A DNA stretch of 64,000 nt from Camelus dromedarius. Lineage: Eukaryota. The notes under the pieces are model-generated. The model searched no databases. It was not told the origin of the DNA and saw only the letters and a program-made list of their open reading frames with translations. The DNA lies in NCBI RefSeq assembly GCF_036321535.1, contig NC_087455.1, positions 558,001-622,000 of the forward strand. Reading direction: 5' to 3'. This document shows positions 13,201 through 24,926 of the stretch, piece after piece (position 1 is the first letter of the stretch; the number at the start of each line of letters is the position of its first letter). The translations under genes were made by a program, and so were the position numbers.

Positions 13201-16200
13201 CCCCCGAAAATCAAAAGGAAGAGATGAAGTGCCCGGCCCTGAGCTCTGCAGGTTCTGCTCACAGTCCGCCAGAACTCGGCGGGCCAACTTGGTCTTGGCC
13301 AACCTGCCCTCAGGGAAGCGGGACACAGTGGTTCCGCTGGGTCCGTAGCTGTGATGGACTGGAACCAGAAACCTAGGTGCCCCACAAAAAGATGTACTCC
13401 CTAAAAAATGTGTCATAGGGAGATATATATAGTTTAAAGCTTTGTACATGCATTACTTTCGTTCTAGGATTTGGCTTGAATTTTGGTTTGTTTTATGGCT
13501 GTAAGCACTGTTTTAAAACCCCACCTCCATTAATAGATGGGACAGGCCCCACTCAGGAACAATCCTTCTCCAAGGAAAGCCTCACATGGCTGAAAAGTGA
13601 ACGCAGTAACAACCCTCTTTAAGTAAAAACGTACAGCTTATATCTGGGGAAAATACAATGTCCTACTGATGGGGTCACTCCCGGCTGCGGCTTTGTCTTG
13701 TTTTGTCTTTTGCTTTTCAGTAGTGTGTTAAAATACGCGTAACAAAGGTCACCATCTTAACCGTCTCAAGAGCACAGCTCAGTAGCACCAGACACATTCG
13801 GCTTGTTGTGTGACCAGCACCACCACCGTCCACCCTCATCCCTGTCACTCTCTTCATCTTGTAAAACTGAAACACTGTCCCCATGGAACACCAACCCCCA
13901 TTCCCCTCCCCCAGCCTGGCACCCACCTTTCCACTTTCTGTCTCTGATTGGACTATTCTATAACTCCTGTAAGTGGAATCATATAGTATTTGTCCTTTTG
14001 CGACTGGCTTATTCCACTGAGTATACCGTCCTCACAGTTCATCCACGCTGTAGCAGGTGTCAGAATTCACTTCCTTTTTAAGGCTGAATAATATTCTATT
14101 GTCTGGAAGGACCATATTTTGTTCATCCATCCATTCACTGATGGGCACTTGGGTTGCTTCAACCTTTTGACTAATGTGATCAATGCTGCTATGAACACGG
14201 GTGTGGAAATACCTNNNNNNNNNNNNNNNNNNNNNNNNNNNNNNNNNNNNNNNNNNNNNNNNNNNNNNNNNNNNNNNNNNNNNNNNNNNNNNNNNNNNNN
14301 NNNNNNNNNNNNNNNNNNNNNNNNNNNNNNNNNNNNNNNNNNNNNNNNNNNNNNNNNNNNNNNNNNNNNNNNNNNNNNNNNNNNNNNNNNNNNNNNNNNN
14401 NNNNNNNNNNNNTTTGTGACAGTAGCGGTCACGATGTTTGCGAGGTGGTGTTTCATTGCAGTTTCAATTTGCATTTCTCCAGTGATTAGTGATGTTGGGC
14501 ATCCTTTCATGTTCTTATTGGCCATTCATGTATCTTTTTCAGAGAAATGTCTAGTCCAGTCTTCCACCCATTTTTCAATTGGGCTGTTTGGTTTTTCTGC
14601 TGTTGAGTTTTAGGAGTTCTCTATATATTCTGGATATTAATCCCTCATCAGATGTATGATCTGCAAATACTTTCTCCCATTCTGGGGGCTGCCTTTCTAC
14701 TCCATGGATAGTATCTTTTGATGTACAAATTATGAAAAATTTTATTAAGTCACATTTGTCAATTTTTTTCTTCTGTTGCCTGCTTTTTGGTGTCAAAGAA
14801 GTCACAGCCAAGTCCAATGTCCTCATGCTTTTGTCCTATGTTTTNNNNNNNNNNNNNNNNNNNNNNNNNNNNNNNNNNNNNNNNNNNNNNNNNNNNNNNN
14901 NNNNNNNNNNNNNNNNNNNNNNNNNNNNNNNNNNNNNNNNNNNNNNNNNNNNNNNNNNNNNNNNNNNNNNNNNNNNNNNNNNNNNNNNNTCCTTCCCCCA
15001 CTGAATGGTCTTAGTGCCCTTGTTGAAAATCATCTGACCACACATGTGAGAGTTTGTTTCTGGGCTCTCTATTCTATTCCTTTGGGCTACGTGCCTGCCC
15101 CTGTGCCAGCACCACACTGGTTTGATTACTGTAGCTTTGTAGTTAAGTTTTGAAATCAGGAAGCGTGGGTCCTCCCACTTTGTTCTTTTTGGGGAATGTT
15201 TTTGCCATTCACAGTCCTTTGAGATTCCTTATGAATTTTAGGATGGGCTTTTCTATTTCTGCAGAAAATATCATTGGGATTTTGCTAGAGACTGCAACAG
15301 CTACTTATTTTTAAAGAAAAGGCTGTATTTCCATTTTATGTTGCTCTCGAGAGCTCAACGAGCAGAGGAGTGACTCTCGGAGGTCCCCCTGATAGAGTGG
15401 TCGGTTGGGCCTCACCAGGCCCCCAGGCCCCTTGCCATCCTCACACAGCGGGAACTGAACCGAGGCAGCTTGCGGACGACACAGGCAGGGCCTTTGGGAG
15501 GGATCAGGCTGTGACGGGGAGCCCTGGGGAATGGGATTAGTGCCCCCAGGAAGGAAATCCCAGGGAGCTCCCTCACCCCTTCTGTCAGGTGAGGACTCGG
15601 GGGAAGCAGGCTCTCACCAGGCACTGAACCTGCCAGCACCCTGATCTTAGGACTCCCAGCCTCCAGAACCATGAGGAACAGGCCTGCTGTCTGTAAGCCA
15701 TCCAGCCTGTGGCGTTCTGTCACAAAGGCCTGGGCAGACTAAGCAGCTCTCTCTGCCGCTCTTCCCAAGGCCACTTCCCGCCCACTGGCCTGACAGTCTC
15801 TGTGAAGCAGCCTGTTTGTCCCTGTGTCCACCTCTTCCATGCTGAGCCTCGGCCAACAGGAGTGAGGCCCGCCACCACCCAGGAGCACAGACCAGGTCCA
15901 GCTGCGGGAGAGCAAAGGTGCCCCAGTGCCCCGGGCGGCAGCAGAAGCTGCCAGAAGCTGATATCCACAAAGTATCGCGGGCTTTCAAGCTGCTGCCCCA
16001 CCTTTGATGACCAGATGGAGTGTTCGGCTCTTTTCTGTGGGCCCACATCTTTTTGGAGAGAGACTCAGTCAGCTAAGATGCAGCCAATACAGTATGGCTA
16101 TGAAGAAGCACAAGCGAGGGAAAGAAGCCCCCGGTCACAGGGCGTGGACGAGGCGGCAGAGGCCGGGGGTGCCCAACAAGGGTTATGCTCTAAGGACAGC

Positions 16201-18645
16201 TCCCAACAACACTCGTTTACTATAAACATAAGGAACTTTGCTTATAAAGCTGGTTAAAGAAACTAAAAAGGCTAAAAAGAGGGTAAAGTCATAAATGACA
16301 TAGAAAATAACAAGTTTTCATGAAGCAGACTTCAATTTTGCTGTGAACTGCTAAAAATAACAAACCCTCTTTCAGCCACCTTTCCTCTTTGTTGGCCATT
16401 CCTTCATACAGCTAGGGCAGCCCTAATCTCTGTCCGCCAGTCAGACATGGACTTCAGCACGCCCCCCCCCCCCGACGCCCAGCAGGGGCACTGCGAGTCC
16501 AAAGGGGAGCCGCGGTGGACATGCCCTTCCTGGCTAATCTGTGAACCGTGCCTCCCTACCCACAGCCCTGCAGCAGCCCCAGCCTTCTGTGCAACCTGCA
16601 AAGGCCAAGAACAGCAGGGCAGCCGGGTACAGCAGGGTACCCTCTGCACGAAGGGAGACGTCCTAGGGCCGCAGCAGGACTGGGCTCTCTCCCCCAGTAG
16701 GTGGCAGCTGCAGAGGGGAGCGAACACACTACAGAGAGAGCCCCTTTTAGTCATCAAAGTGTCAAATAAAACAAAAAGAAAAGTGATCTTTTGAGACTGC
16801 AAGTCTCCTTTCCTTCCAGGAATGGGCCTAAATCACGCCCTGAGGAAAACTGAAAGGCTGCAGGATTATTTCCTACTACAGGGAGCTGTCAGTGTCACAG
16901 GAGCCTGGAGCCAGGGCCCTGGAGAAAGGCAGCTGGCAGGAGCCTCTTCTGCGATGGGTGGGCGCTCAGCCACCTCTGCAGGGCCGGGCTCCGCAGAGCC
17001 GAAGAGGAAGCCTGCGAGTGGCCGCACCCACCCACCGGCAGTCTGCAGGAGCGCTGGGAGCCCAGGCCCAGGCTGCCGGGCACAGCCCCTCCCCAAGGCC
17101 CGTCCACGGGCTCCAGCGACTGCTGATGCCAGTGGCCTTCTCTCGCTGGCAGGGACAGCCATGTAGTCTCTGGCAGGAGAGTGAAAGGGGACAGCAACAC
17201 CGGGCCTGCGAGCGAGCGGATGGACCCTGTGGTGCTGACCACCCAGTCCCCCTCTATGGGACTGGCCCCCAGGCCACAGGGCAGCTCATCTACCCTGGAC
17301 ATGCCGGCCTCAAGGGAGCCTGGACTTGCAGGTGCGGCTTTCTGCCCACAGCAGCCCGGCTGGTCGGCTCCACACCCACCAGACCCTGCATGTTCCCCCC
17401 ACAGACTCCTCCCCACAGCCCCCACAGCCCCCACAGCCCCCATAGCCCCGCCCTGGAAGGGCAGGGATACCTTGTCATGCTGCCGCAGGTGCTCCTCACA
17501 GACGCCGAGCGCCTCCTCAGGCTGAGACTCTCCAAGGGCACACAGGGAGCCACACACCTGCTCCTGCACCAGAGGGTCCTTGTCAGTGATGGCGTCCAGC
17601 AGGACGGTGGCCAGCTCTGCACGACAAAGCCCGGTGTGGGTGCTCAGGCCCAGCACTGACGCCACCACCGCCATGCTCAGCCTCTGAGTCCTCAGACCCC
17701 GGCCACTTCGCATGCCTCAGGGCCCCACCAGCTGGGCCACTTCGCACACCTCAGCCACACACACCTGACCTAGTCTCGCAACCCACTCCCTCCCTCCACT
17801 TCACTTGCCAGGGTCTCTAGGACCCACTGGCCGCCTGCTCTGAGGTCACTCCCCTCACCTCTACCCAGACCTTACAACCCAGGCTGTGTTTGCTCCATGT
17901 CTGCTGCCCCTGCTGGACAGGAGCTCCTATGAAAGGCAGAGGGTGCAGGCTCAGGGTTCCTGGGGAGCAGCCTCCAAGGTGGTCCTCTGGCCCACACTTT
18001 GCTCTATGCTTGCTGGGCGGCATGCCAGTCCCACCAGCAGCTCTTGAAGACTCCTCCTCATCACCCCAGACTCTCCCACTCAGAGCCAGGCCTCTTCTGC
18101 CTCGCACCCCATGGAAGGACCCCACCATCCTCAGTGTGCCGAGAGCTCAGAGCTCGGTGCCTGGCAGCGGCCTGCAGAGCCTCCCTCACCCCTGGGGATG
18201 GAGTCCTGTGGGGCAGGGACGCAGCTCCCCAGCCTCCGCTCTGCCATGGGCCACACCCTCAGCAAACAGCTGGCCCTGGCTGGGGGAAGACTGGCCAGGC
18301 AGAGGGGATGCTGGCCGTGGGGCTTTTGGAGGAAGGGACGAAGGCACAGGGGCTCTCCCACGTGGAGCACGAAGCCCTGTGTGCTAAGCAAAGGCTGCCC
18401 CCACACCAGACTGAGCCTGTGGCCGAATTTGCCACCTCTGTGTCCGCATCTGCATAAACAGTGCTCTGTTTTCTTTTTTTTTTTTTTAATGAAAACTTGA
18501 GAAAGTGTTCGTGCACTGTCATTCCTTCAAACCCCATTTACTCAATGCCACAGGCTCCGCTGCATCCCAAACTCAAGAGCCAGCAGGTGTGACACGGAGG
18601 CCGCCTGAGAGCCCCGCACGTACTCTTCACGCGCGACTCGCCCAT
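1293..18645 (-). CDS. MROH1: Maestro heat-like repeat-containing protein family member 1, 5' part (first ~380 aa; gene continues beyond the left edge)
   Basis: Coding exons (minus): 18624-18645 (MGESRVK), 17471-17616 (KLATVLLDAITDKDPLVQEQVC..RQHDK), 11444-11575 (LAHPYRAMILRAME..), 10865-11027 (ELVYDWQQAAS..), 10601-10699, 6171-6322 (LQHFSESTLEYLANLDQAPDPTVRKD..), 5854-5994 (LRLAVVEALGPMSHLLP..), 5483-5575, 1584-1662 (VCVPVESSSPLVMNNQKEVLRCFTVL), 1293-1406 (CCSPDRLLAFLLPKLD..). All GT-AG, phases consistent, 1141 nt total. Matches the recalled human MROH1 N-terminus. The ATG exon begins at 18701. Confidence 0.95.
2805..3190 (+). mobile_element. Old L1 fragment (ORF2 3' region)
   Basis: A-rich, with L1-type phrases (atctggaaaaaagataaaactggatcc..aaaataaattccagatggattaa). 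Boundaries approximate. Confidence 0.55.
3830..4040 (-). mobile_element. 5'-truncated L1 3' end
   Basis: ttaattgaagtatacttgatgtacaatattatgtaag..ggctacattcctgcactgtgc is the typical reverse-complement L1 3' UTR. Confidence 0.55.
6441..6843 (+). mobile_element. MaLR solo LTR (MLT1B/C-like)
   Basis: TG..CA termini. Contains hallmark cagaacctcagaa..tttgcagatg..ttaagatgaggtc and tgttttaagcc..gtttgtggtactttgttac..aggaaaccagtaca. Confidence 0.75.
14215..14412. other. Assembly gap (198 N)
   Basis: Run of n inside L1. Confidence 1.
14845..14989. other. Assembly gap (145 N)
   Basis: Run of n inside L1. Confidence 1.
15395..15745 (+). mobile_element. MaLR LTR (MLT1A-like)
   Basis: gaatgggattagtgccc..ctctcaccaggcactgaacctgccagcaccctgatcttaggactcccagcctccagaaccatgag..cagactaagca. 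Confidence 0.7.
17411..17449. repeat. 9-bp tandem repeat (CCCCACAGC)x~4
   Basis: Direct reading; lies just inside the intron after the MROH1 exon ending at 17471. Confidence 0.8.
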
Positions 18646-20535
18646 CACTGTGGTCTCGGCTTCCGCTCGGCCGGTGTGAACGTGGACAGCTCTTCTCAAA
18701 CCTGGAGCAACCAAAACGCTGCCTTTAACACATAAGCCTCTTCCATGTACGGGCAGGTACTATACTATGTTTGTGTAAAACACAAGATTCAAATGACTCT
18801 GTTCTGGTGCAACTGTCTCTGCCACACTTTGGCTCAACCACTCTCGGAGGACAAAGGACTCCCTCCCAGCGCCCAGCAGCCCCGCCAGCACACGGACAGC
18901 CCACAGGGCCATCCCAGATGCCCCGCGGTAGCCTGGGCAAGTGTGGTCACTGTGTCCACCGACAGCACCTTCCTGCCCTCCGTGAAGGGCAGAGGGCGGA
19001 CACAGGGCCTAGTGTTGCTGCCAGTCTGTGCAGAGCAGGAACACCTCCCCCTGAGGGCAAGGACAAGGGCCTCGACTGCTGCGGGGCCAGGACTCCCCAC
19101 ACCTAAGAATCCCAGCACAGGATTCAGTGAGCCTCCTGCTGGCGGAGAGAGCCTGGCCGGGCAGCATAGGGACCCAGCGGGCTTGCTGGCATCTGAAACC
19201 AACCATGCAAACAGCCCACGGGATTCGAGAGCTACAGCTTTCAAACACCCCAAGCCTCGAAACGCCACTTGCAACAGACAGACCCAAAGAATAGAGCCCA
19301 TGAAACGTGCAAACACCTCCCCTCTTCACCATGTGGCCACACTCTCTGAGGACCAGACTGTGTTCACACTCATGTCCTGCCTGCTGCAGCGCACCGCCCT
19401 TTGCCCGCCCACAGGAGGGTGGAGGTGGTAAAGGAGCGCTGCCATGATCCGCTCCCGAGCATGCAGGACATGCTCACATGGCTGCGGACACACAGGAAGG
19501 AGGCAGAGTGAGAAGTCATGTGATTCCTGGGAGGCGGTGGAATTAAAAAGAAGTGAGAACGCTAGGTCAGGAAGGCAGACTGGTCCCAAGCATTCACCTA
19601 TCCTGCCAAAACCTCAATGAAATGACAGAAAAGATGCATGTTTTAAAGGAATAAACACAAAAGAGAACTAGAACATAGGGAAAGATAAAATTAGCAGCCT
19701 GGAAGTTTCCAGGTGTTCCAGGTGGACAGAAAGCAAATGGAGAAGACGGGCTAGAAGACGGTGGTGCCAGCAAGGTGTTTCCCCTTCCTTCCTGGAGCAT
19801 CTGAAACAACCAGGAAAACAAGAATAAAACACATATTCCAATGGCAGCAGAGCAACACGGCAGCAAGAAATCGCAAAGCCCAAAAAGATGAAGGGCTGAA
19901 AACAGCCCAGCTGTCAGGCGGGAGTGAGGTGCGCTGGCAGCCGGCTCAGGAGGAACTGCAGAGCAGCTCTCAGAGGCAGGCACAGCCTCACGTGGAACCC
20001 AGGTCCTGAGCTCCCAGAGCCCATCGAGTCCACATGGAAGCAGCCCACTCCTGGGCAGAGGCCTTGCCCTGTGAAAAGCCACAGCTGCCTCTCTCCATGG
20101 CCTCAGGAAACCAGCTCCAACTCTGCAGGTCTGGAACACCCTTCACCCAAGTGCACCCGGCTCAATGGGAGCAAACAAAAAGAAACTAACGTAAGAGACA
20201 TCAGCTCCCAGCCCGGTGGGGAAAAATGGACCCATCTGCCATTCCGACCAGAACAACCCAAACTGGACAAAACACGTGAAACCGTGGTTCTCAAGGAGAT
20301 GGACATCGGGAAGCAAAGGAAGGGGAACCCTGAGGTCACTCCAGCTCACCCCCTGGAGGCCGCACCCAGCTGAGAAGGGCTTGGGAGGCCCGGCAACACG
20401 CCTGTGTCATGGACATGGTCTAGAAGCATCTCAGGAGACCTGGGTCCTGCTGGAGTTGGTGGCTCTAGGAACATAGTAAACTCCAGAGATTGGCAGAGGG
20501 TCCCCTGGACACGCAGTTGATTTACTGGCCAGCAC

Positions 20536-21112
20536 TGGGCAGCAGAATAATGTCCCCAAAGATGCCCACGCCCTCATTCCCAGACCCTGAATATGTGATC
20601 TTACTTGGCAAACGGACTTACCGACCCTGAGATGGAGAGGTTACCCCGGATTATGAGGGTGAGACCAGCCTCATCACATGAGTTCTGAAGAGAAGAGAGC
20701 CTTTCCCAGCTGGGTCACAGAGATGAGATGGAAGAAGGGGGAGAAAATCAAAGCTCGGGAAGGACTCAAGCCACTGTGTCTGGCTTTGAAGATGGAGGAA
20801 GGCAGCTCTGAGCCAAGGAATGTGGGGCACTCATAGAAGCTGGGAACAATTCTCAGCTTACAGTCAGCAAGAAAACAGGGACTTCAGTCCTACAGCCACA
20901 AAGAACCAAATTCTGCCAACAAACTGAAACAGCAGAAAACAGATCCTCCCCAGAGCTCCCAGAAAGGAGCACAGTCCTGCCAACCCCTGATTTTAGCCCA
21001 GTGAGATCCACGTCAGACTTCTGACCTCAAGAACTTAAAGATAATGAATGTGTGTTGTTTAAGCCACTAAGTGTGTGGTAATTTGTTATAGCAGCAATAG
21101 AAAACCAGCACA
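20536..21112 (+). mobile_element. MaLR solo LTR (MLT1D-like)
   Basis: gcagaataatgtccccaaagatg..ggctttgaagatggagg..gagccaaggaatgtgg..ccaaccctgatttt..aagccactaagtgtgtggtaatttgttatagcagcaatagaaaacc. Confidence 0.8.
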
Positions 21113-21749
21113 AACACTGGGTTTGAGAAGAAACTCCCCGAGGCCAAGGAAGGAGCCACTAAAAGGATTAGCAGAACACAATCCCCAGAGCTCACCAGGG
21201 GCCAGGAGCGGGTCTGCTCCCAGCCCTGGCAGCCAGGAGGGACATCCCAACTCACAGGGCAATGGGAAGAGCACTCAGTGAAGAAGTAAAATTTGCCCGA
21301 GAAGAAATACTATTCTGGTCTCAGCCAACAAAGCTAAAAAGCAAGACCTACAAGGATCAAACGGTTCTCCAGTAACTTAGTCACAACCCAGAACAAAGCT
21401 CAGGAATAGTAACAGGAACACAAAGGCATCCAGCGCTGACAAAGTGAGACGATGATGTCTGGCATCCAGTCAGAAACTACCAAGCATGCAAAGCAGGAAG
21501 AAGACAAAGCCCACAGCCTCCACCGTGACGAACGGTCACCTGGTACAAACTAACTCAGAAATGGCACAGAGGAAAGAATTAGTAAACAAGGATATTTAGA
21601 CAATTAGTATAATTGAATTTCATATATTCAAGAAACCCCAGGAGAGACTGAACATGTTAATACAAAGAGGTTAAAGTAAATGATGGGGAAAGAAAAATGA
21701 GGCTGACACTAGTCATAAAAAGCTAGAATGACTATATTAATAATAGACG

Positions 21750-21878
21750 NNNNNNNNNNNNNNNNNNNNNNNNNNNNNNNNNNNNNNNNNNNNNNNNNNN
21801 NNNNNNNNNNNNNNNNNNNNNNNNNNNNNNNNNNNNNNNNNNNNNNNNNNNNNNNNNNNNNNNNNNNNNNNNNNNNNN
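21750..21878. other. Assembly gap (129 N)
   Basis: Run of n inside L1. Confidence 1.
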
Positions 21879-22346
21879 AACTCCCTCTCTCTGTAATTGT
21901 TAGAACAAATGTACAGCAAACCAGCAAGGGAAGACCTGAACAGCGCTGTCAACCAGCCTACTTGAGTCGTATTTACAGAACACTGCATTCATTATCTGTA
22001 GAACATGTATGTTCTTCCAAAAGCACATGAAGCATTTACCAAGACTGATCATATTTTGGGCAATAAAACAAGTCTCAATAAATTTAAAAGAATTCAAGTC
22101 ATAGACAGAGTATGTTCTCTGACTACAGTGGAATTCAATTTGAAATCAGTAAGAGGAAGCTATCTGAGAACTCTCCAAGTATTTAGAAACTACTTAACAT
22201 GTTTCAAAATAATGCATGAGTCAAAAAAGAAAAAAAATTTTAAATAAGATTAGAAAGCATTTTGAAGGGAAAGAAAATGAAGACATATCAAAATTTGTGG
22301 GAAATTTATAGCACTAAATGTCTGTATTAGGAAAGTAGAGTGACAT

Positions 22347-22780
22347 TGTGAATCTGAATAAAAGAAACCTCATTTAACAGGGAGCGGGGAGGCTCCCATG
22401 CATTAACCGCTCCAGGCAAATTACAGACCCACAGGAAGAGACAGGACCTGCATTCCCAGCAGGCAGGTGTCTCCACTTTAGGCCTGGCAGGAGGAATATC
22501 TCTCCCTGCCCAGCAACAAGCCCAGACAATGGGAACCCTAGCAACTCAGAGAATGGAAAGCCATCACCATCCTAAATTCTCACTTCCCTCCAAAGGACTT
22601 TCTTCAAAGCAGCCCCTTCCAACTTCCTCCTGCTCTCTATAAAGTGACTTTCTTTCCTTTGTTTGCTGGACTTGCCTATAGTTTTTGCTATAGCCTGGTT
22701 GTCACAGACTGAAATTCTCTGCTACTCCCAAATAAACACATTTTGCTGGTAAAATAACTGTTTTTGTTTGAAGGTCAACA
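22347..22780 (+). mobile_element. ERV1-type solo LTR (434 bp) inserted in L1, 4-bp TSD ACAT
   Basis: TGTGAA..TCAACA termini. ACAT at 22343-22346 and 22781-22784. AATAAA at ~22731. L1 text resumes seamlessly (tgACATcaacttccacc). Confidence 0.75.
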
Positions 22781-24047
22781 ACATCAACTTCCACCTGAAG
22801 AAACCAGACATTCAAATGAAGCAAAAGAAAAGAAATAATAAATATCATTATGTAAATTAAAGAAATAGAAAACAGAGAATAGAAAAAATCAAAGTACCAA
22901 AGTTTAGTTATTTGAGAAGATCCATAAATTTGATAACCTCCAGCCTGACTGATCAAGAAAAAAAGAAAAAACAAATTACCAATCTTAAGAATGAGAACAG
23001 TGACATCATTACAGAGTCTACAGATTTTAAAAGGATAATAAGAATATATTCTGAAAAACTTTTTGCCAGAAAATTGGACAACTTAAAATAGACAAGTCAA
23101 TTATACCTCAAAAATTATAAAAATTTAAAAGTAAAAGAAATAGGCAAGTTCCTCGAATGACAAACTACCAAAGCTCACTCAAGAAGTAATAGATAACCTA
23201 AACAGCCCTGTATCTAAGAAAGAAACTGAACTTATAGCTAAAAGCCTCCCCACAGAGAAAACCCCAGGGCTAGATGACTTCCCAGGGGAATTCCAGCAAA
23301 CATTTAAGGAAGAAATAATACCAACTCCACAAAAATTCTTACCGGAAAATTGAAAACAAGGAGCACTTACCAACGGATTCTTTAAGGCCAGCACTACTCT
23401 GATAACAAAACCAGACAAAGATATTAAAAACAGTGAAAAATATAGACCAATATTCCTCATAGACACAAATGCAAAATTTCTTAACAATATTTTATCAAAT
23501 CATATGCAAAAATATGTGAAACGATAATACATTATGACCAAATGGGGTTTATCCCATGAACACAAAGTTGCTTGAGTATTTTTAAGTGCAGTCAATGTAA
23601 ATCATATTAACAGACCAAAGAAGAAAAACCATATAATCATCTCAATAAATGCAAAATAAGCATGTGTCACGATCCAACATCTACTTATAATAAAAATGAT
23701 CAGCAAACAGAAATAGAAGGGAACTCCCACAACCCGATAAAGAGCACCTAAGGAAAACCTGAAGGGACATCATCCTTAATGGTAAAAGACTAACTGCTAC
23801 CCCTGCAAGATGGAGAACAAGGCAAGGATGTCTGCTCTCACCACTTCTATTCACTATCCTACTGGAGGCTCTAGCCTAGGCAATCAGGTAAGTATAAGAT
23901 AATATAAGGCATTCAAATTGAAAAAGAGGAAAAACTGCTTTATTCACAGGTGATGTGATCACCTATGCAGAAAATCTGACGGAATCTACAACTGGAACCA
24001 GATCAGTAAGTCAGCTAGTGAGGTCACAGGATATAAACTTAATGTTA

Positions 24048-24145
24048 GGTGGAGGGTATAGCTCAGTGGTAGGGTGCATGCTTAGCACACACAAGGTCCT
24101 GTGCTCAATCCCCAGCACCTCCATTTAAAAAATAATAATAATAAA
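24048..24145 (+). mobile_element. Camelid-type tRNA-derived SINE
   Basis: ggagggtatagctcagtggtag..cttagca..aaggtcctgtgctcaatccccagcacctcc followed by an A-rich tail. Pol III A/B boxes. Confidence 0.8.
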
Positions 24146-24843
24146 TGAAGTTAATATTCAAAAATCAATTGCATTTCCATATACTAACAACAATCAAAAA
24201 TTGAACAAGCTGTACCCTTTGCCATTGAGCAAAAATAATATGAAATATTTAGGGATAAATTCGACAAAAGATGGACAATACAGTAAAACTATCAAACCGC
24301 GCTAAGAGATATTAAAGAAAAGTTAAATAAATGGAGAAAAATACTGCGCAAGGATATCAATTCTTCCCAAGTGGATTTACAGACTGAATGCATTCCCAAT
24401 CAAAATCCTAGCAGGCTTTTTGTAGAAATTGACAGAATGATTCTAAAATTCATACGGAAATGTAAAGGACCTAGAATAGCCAAGACAACTCTGAAGCAAA
24501 ACAAGGCACAATTGGAGGACTTATATTTGTAAGTCCTGACTCCAAGACTTATTAGACCAACTGATTTTCAACAAAAGTACAAAGGCGATTGAGTGCAGCA
24601 GGGACAGTCTTTCAACAAATAGTAGTGAACAACTGGATGTCCACACGCAGAAAGTAAACTCCAGTCTATAGCTCACACCATACACAAAATCTCAAATGAT
24701 TCACAGACCTACATGCAGAACTTAAAACTATAAAACTTCCAGAAAGAAACAGAGAAGCAAGTCTCCATGACTGACACCAAAAGCAAAATCTACAAAAGAG
24801 AAACCTGATGAACTGAAATTCCTCCGAGAACTGCTCTTTGAAT

Positions 24844-24926
24844 ACACGGTGACGTGAGTGACAACTGGACAGTGACGGACACACGGTGACACGAGTGACA
24901 ACTGAACAGTGACAGACACACGGTGA
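24844..24926. repeat. 37-bp minisatellite, ~2.2 copies
   Basis: ACACGGTGAC(GT/AC)GAGTGACAACTG(G/A)ACAGTGAC(G/A)GAC twice, plus a partial third copy. Confidence 0.85.

Larger units (their letters stand above)
13725..15300 (-). mobile_element. L1 (MA/MB-type) 3' UTR and ORF2 C-terminal part, interrupted by two N-gaps
   Basis: Typical L1 reverse text (gactggcttatt..cactgatgggcacttgggttgcttc..gcatttctccagtgattagtgatgttg..ttgaaaatcatctgacc). Translated pieces NRIESPETNSHMCGQMIFNKG and KQPKCPS. Confidence 0.85.
21290..24840 (+). mobile_element. Large decayed L1 (5' region plus ORF2 EN/RT), antisense to MROH1, with nested LTR and SINE
   Basis: Degenerate ORF2 peptides (EAFTKTDHILGNKTSLNKFKRIQVI; ..aagaagaaataataccaact..accagacaaagatatta..tatagaccaatattcctcatagacacaaatgcaaaa..). 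Many stops. The 5' part may extend to ~19600. Confidence 0.85.

Noticed and set aside
14119-15153. ORFs spanning runs of X (also 21709-22030)
   Set aside because: Artefacts of N-gaps inside L1; the gaps are ordinary assembly holes in repeats.
24048-24125. tRNA-like sequences (also at 29529)
   Set aside because: Have A/B boxes but lack a proper cloverleaf/acceptor stem; they carry A-rich tails and TSDs, so they are SINEs, not tRNA genes.
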